Position numbers and translations under genes: made by a program. Under the pieces are notes generated by a model. That model worked only from the letters and a program-made list of their open reading frames with translations, did not search any database and was not told the DNA's origin. A stretch of 64,000 nt of DNA from Alkalispirochaeta sp. (GTDB lineage Bacteria; Spirochaetota; Spirochaetia; DSM-27196; Alkalispirochaetaceae): positions 76,831 through 140,830 of the forward strand of contig CBDESZ010000006.1 in NCBI GenBank assembly GCA_965242725.1, given 5' to 3'. Position 1 is the first letter of the stretch. Every line of letters starts with the position of its first letter. Of this stretch, positions 60,500 through 64,000 are shown one piece after another.

Positions 60500-61917
60500 G
60501 GCAGGAGCACCCCCGGATTGAGGAGGTTGTCCGGGTCCAACGTTGCCTTGAGGCGCCGCTGGACCTCCAGGACCGGGCCCGCCAGGGCCCCATCCATAGC
60601 ATACACCCGTTTGCGGCCGATGCCGTGTTCGCCGCTGATCGTTCCGCCGCGTTCGATGGCGAAGGCGTAGAGTCGGTCGAGGAAATCGTGGAGCGCGGTG
60701 TCCCAGTGTTCCGGCGCCATCGACTCAGGTTTCATCGGGTTGATGTGAAAGTTGCCGTCACCGGCGTGACCGAAGATCGCCACGTCCAGCCCCGACTCAC
60801 CTTCGAGCTCGATCGCCCGGGCGACCAGCGCGGGGATCTCGGTGGTGGGAACGACCACGTCCTCAACGGAGTGATACTCGCCGCTGCGGCGTTTGACCCA
60901 CCACGGAACGGCCTTGCGCAGCTTCCACACCGCCTCCAGGGACGAGCTGTCGCCGGCCTCCACCAGCACCTCCCCACCGCCGTCGGATACGAGGGCGCGG
61001 TACGAGGCGAGGTCGGCGCGGCACTGCGCGTCGTCGCGTCCCTCCGCTTCCACCAGGAGGAGGGCGCCGACCTCGTCGGCGATGGAGAACGGCGCGTCAC
61101 CGCGATGCCAGAGCTGCGCCGCCGCCCCACGGGCGGTGGGCCCGTCGATGTACTCGATCGACGACGGAACGCCGGCGGCGGCGCGGCGAAGGCTGGCCAC
61201 GGCGGCGGTAGCGTGGGCGGCGTCGGGAAACGTTGCCAGCAGCGCAAGACGCGAGGCGGGGCGCGGCGTGAGGCGCAGCGTGACGCGGGTAATGATGCCC
61301 AGGATGCCCTCGCTGCCGACAAACATCGGCAGCAGGTTCAGCCCGGTCACGTCCTTGAGCCGTTTGCCGCCGAGATCCAGGACCTCCCCCGAGGCGAGCA
61401 CCACCTGCAGCCCCAGCACGTGGGCGGCGGTGACCCCGTACTTGACCGCGCGACCGCCGCCGGCGTTGGTTGCGACGTTTCCCCCGATCGTGCAGATCTC
61501 CTCGCTCATGGGGTACCCGGCGAAGAAGAGCCCGACCTCGGCGAGGGACGCGTCGAGTTCCCGCGTCACCACCCCCGGCTCCACGGTCACGGCGAGGTTG
61601 TCCGGGGCCAGGGAGAGCACGCGGTTCATTCGGTCCAGGCTGCACACCACGCCACCGTCGGCGGCGATCGCCCCCGCAGCCAGGCCGCTGCCGCCACCGC
61701 GGGCGGTTACCGGTACCTGGTGGGTGGTCGCCCAGCGCATGAGTGCGGCGACCTCCGCGGTGTCCTCCGGAAACACCACCGCCTCCGGGACGCGGTGCCA
61801 TTCGTGGGCCGAGACCATATCGTGATCGTAGCGCTTGAGGCGGCGGTCGCCGCGGGCGATGAGGCGATCCCCGAAGATCTCCTCCAGCCCGGCGATCGCA
61901 ATCTCAGATATCGACAT
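60496..61917 (-). CDS. FAD-linked oxidase (GlcD / D-lactate dehydrogenase family)
   Basis: RGGGSG, IGGNVATNAGG, GSEG.LG, GHAGDGN.H, SGEHGIG. Confidence 0.9.
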   Translation of the reverse strand: MSISEIAIAGLEEIFGDRLIARGDRRLKRYDHDMVSAHEWHRVPEAVVFPEDTAEVAALMRWATTHQVPVTARGGGSGLAAGAIAADGGVVCSLDRMNRVLSLAPDNLAVTVEPGVVTRELDASLAEVGLFFAGYPMSEEICTIGGNVATNAGGGRAVKYGVTAAHVLGLQVVLASGEVLDLGGKRLKDVTGLNLLPMFVGSEGILGIITRVTLRLTPRPASRLALLATFPDAAHATAAVASLRRAAAGVPSSIEYIDGPTARGAAAQLWHRGDAPFSIADEVGALLLVEAEGRDDAQCRADLASYRALVSDGGGEVLVEAGDSSSLEAVWKLRKAVPWWVKRRSGEYHSVEDVVVPTTEIPALVARAIELEGESGLDVAIFGHAGDGNFHINPMKPESMAPEHWDTALHDFLDRLYAFAIERGGTISGEHGIGRKRVYAMDGALAGPVLEVQRRLKATLDPDNLLNPGVLLP

Positions 61918-62395
61918 GGCGAAACGCCCCGGTCGCGGTGTTCCACACGCCGAAACTGGGCTCGCCGAAGCGTCCCATCACCTCGCCGGGGTTGGCCCAC
62001 AGCGTATCGCCCACCTGGTGGACGTACTTGCGGTGATCGTGGCCGTTGAATACGGCGGCGTAGGCACCGGACCCCGCGAGCCCCCGGGCGATGTCCGGGT
62101 AGTGGTTCAGGGCAACCGCGAGGCCGTCGACGTCGAGTTCGGCCAGCTGCCCGTGGAGCGTCACGTGGTCGTGTTTGGCGGCGATGACGTTGAGCAGGTG
62201 CGTGTCGCCGTCGTTGTTGCCGAACACCACGTCGATCGGTCCGGAAAACCCCTCGGCGAGCTGTGCCAGGGTGAAGGGCGCGCAGAAGTCACCGAGGAAG
62301 AACAATCGTTCCGGGGCGTCCTCCGGCAGCCGCTTCAGGACGCGGTCCAGGTTCCATACGTTGTCGTGAATATCGCTCAGTACTGCTATCGTCAT
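61904..62395 (-). CDS. YfcE-family metallophosphoesterase
   Basis: SDIHD, GD, GNND, GHDH, NPG. Confidence 0.88.
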   Translation of the reverse strand: MTIAVLSDIHDNVWNLDRVLKRLPEDAPERLFFLGDFCAPFTLAQLAEGFSGPIDVVFGNNDGDTHLLNVIAAKHDHVTLHGQLAELDVDGLAVALNHYPDIARGLAGSGAYAAVFNGHDHRKYVHQVGDTLWANPGEVMGRFGEPSFGVWNTATGAFRHVDI

Positions 62396-62424
62396 GCGTG
62401 TCCTCCTTGGTGTACGCTGCCGCC

Positions 62425-63747
62425 GTGCAGCCGCAGATACTACAGATTCGTCTCTCTCCAAAGGGTATCAAGCCCGTTCGCAATGGTCATCCCTGGATCT
62501 ACAATAACGCGATCGTCGGGGCACCGGAATCGGCCCGGGTGCCGGAGGCGTCGGTCCGACGCCTGACCGGCGCCGACGCGCTCAACTGGGAGCACCAACA
62601 GCCGGCGCTGGTGTGCGACCCCAGCGGACGCCCCCTGGGGTGGGGGACGTACAACCGGCGGTCACGGCTGGCGGTGCGCATGCTGACCACCGACATCGAC
62701 GCTCCGTGGGATCGCGCGGCGTGCGCGACGGTGGTCGCAGACGCTGTCGCCCGCCGCGGGGCGCTGCTGGCCGACGCGGGAACCACCGCCTGTCGGTTGG
62801 TGTTTGGCGAAGGGGACGGTCTGCCCGGACTGGTCGCGGACCGCTACGGCGATCTGGTGAGCGTCCAGTACTCGGCGGCGTTTGCCTGGGACAACCGCGA
62901 GACGATCGAGGCGGCGCTGCTGGCGGCGCTTGGCGAACACGGTGTGGAGGCGCGGCTGCTTCGCACCTGGGACGAGCGCATGCGGGATCGCGAGGGCATC
63001 ACCGGCGTGCCGGCGGGAAAGGCCGGCGGCGGAGGTGCCGCGGGCGGGACGGACGCTCCCGACGACGCCACCGCCGGCGCGGTGACCGTCTCCGAGGGCG
63101 GATTGCCGTGGCTTGTGCGCCCCGGGGCCGGCCAGAAAACGGGGCTCTTTTGCGACCAGCGCGACAATCGCCGTCGTGTGGCGGCGTGGAGCAGCGGCCG
63201 CCGTGTCCTCGACGCGTTCAGCTACCACGGCGGTTTCGGGCTCACCGCCCTCGCCGCCGGCGCCCGGGAGGTATGCTGCATCGACAGCTCCGCGGACGCG
63301 GTCGAGATGATCGGGCGGAATGCGGCGGCGCAGGAGTCGGCGGCGGCGGGTGCCCTGAGCGCCGTCCGCGGCGACGTCTTTGCCATGCTCCACGGAGAGG
63401 GCGTTCCCGGCGGGATCGCCTCCTGGGACCTGATTGTGCTCGATCCGCCGAAGCTGGTTCCCGGTCGGCGGCACCTGGAGGCGGGCCTTCGCTCGTACAA
63501 GGATCTCAATCGACTGGTGATGCGCGACATGCACCCGGGGGCACTGCTGGCGACGTTCTCGTGTTCCGGCGCGGTATCCCGCGAGGATTTCCGGCGGATG
63601 CTCGCGTGGGCTGCGGTGGATGCCGGCCGCACGGTGCGCATTCTGGAGACGTTCGGCCAGCCGTCGGACCACCCGGTACCGCTGGCGTTTCCCGAGGCGG
63701 AGTACCTCAAGGGCTACCTCCTGCAGGTGTCGGGCTCGCCTCGCTGA
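62425..63747 (+). CDS. rlmI: 23S rRNA m5C1962 methyltransferase (start uncertain)
   Basis: GHPWIY, E.DGLPG, GQKTG.F.DQR.NR, LDPP, FSCS, DHP..PE..YLKG. Confidence 0.88.
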   Translation: MQPQILQIRLSPKGIKPVRNGHPWIYNNAIVGAPESARVPEASVRRLTGADALNWEHQQPALVCDPSGRPLGWGTYNRRSRLAVRMLTTDIDAPWDRAACATVVADAVARRGALLADAGTTACRLVFGEGDGLPGLVADRYGDLVSVQYSAAFAWDNRETIEAALLAALGEHGVEARLLRTWDERMRDREGITGVPAGKAGGGGAAGGTDAPDDATAGAVTVSEGGLPWLVRPGAGQKTGLFCDQRDNRRRVAAWSSGRRVLDAFSYHGGFGLTALAAGAREVCCIDSSADAVEMIGRNAAAQESAAAGALSAVRGDVFAMLHGEGVPGGIASWDLIVLDPPKLVPGRRHLEAGLRSYKDLNRLVMRDMHPGALLATFSCSGAVSREDFRRMLAWAAVDAGRTVRILETFGQPSDHPVPLAFPEAEYLKGYLLQVSGSPR

Positions 63748-63834
63748 CCCCGCTGTCTCGCTGAGGCGTCCGCTGATCTGCCCGGTTGGCGGGTGTGATG
63801 TCATCGCCGTGAGAGACGTGCTACAGTCGCCGGC

Positions 63835-64000
63835 ATGACGAGTGTGCTCATACGCCGGGCAGCGGTTGCGCTGCTCGTAGTGATATCCGCGGGGCTGCAG
63901 GCGGCCCCCGTCGAGGACTTCCAGGTCGAACCGACGGCGCTGCTGGTGCAGCTGAACGGAACCGACGGGCTTCAGGAGAACGACGCGCTCCGGGAGGCAA
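63835..64000 (+). CDS. Exported protein, partial (runs off the window)
   Basis: MTSVLIRRAAVALLVVISAGLQA signal-like start, open to the end of the window. Confidence 0.45.
   Translation, partial: MTSVLIRRAAVALLVVISAGLQAAPVEDFQVEPTALLVQLNGTDGLQENDALREA

Overview
The window most likely comes from a high-GC Spirochaetales-type chromosome (inferred from protein types and 'AGGQPE/AAGRAEE'-style solute-binding signal peptides). It has four layers. (1) 1-17 kb and 43.6-48.3 kb: a moderate-GC heavy-metal island with CopB, CopZ, two CsoR, a two-component system, SHOCT and Met/His-rich proteins, and CadC-CadA. The island also carries an Enzyme I-YHS fusion and an archaeal-type GAPDH plus LDH whose promoter holds a CsoR-like operator. 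(2) Two direct copies (17693-23174 and 39477-43617) of an ISCR/IS91-like rolling-circle unit: a single-Tyr HUH transposase with an oriIS-like end, abutting integron gene cassettes (canonical attC sites, a higBA cassette with a dead toxin, a broken araC cassette) and an IS3. Copy 1 also has an ISL3. (3) Between the copies lies a 16.3-kb housekeeping-type segment (sulfatase/ABC/ROK, leuB, tkt, xylB) that starts inside hisE and ends inside a hutH-like gene. The unit junctions fall at TACT, consistent with rolling-circle capture of chromosomal DNA. (4) An integrase-less attC remnant at 49.3-50.3 kb, then initiator tRNA-Met and ordinary core genome (hisC, feoB-feoC-DtxR family, glcD-like, rlmI). 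All calls were made by eye from the sequence and ORF track; no database searches were run.
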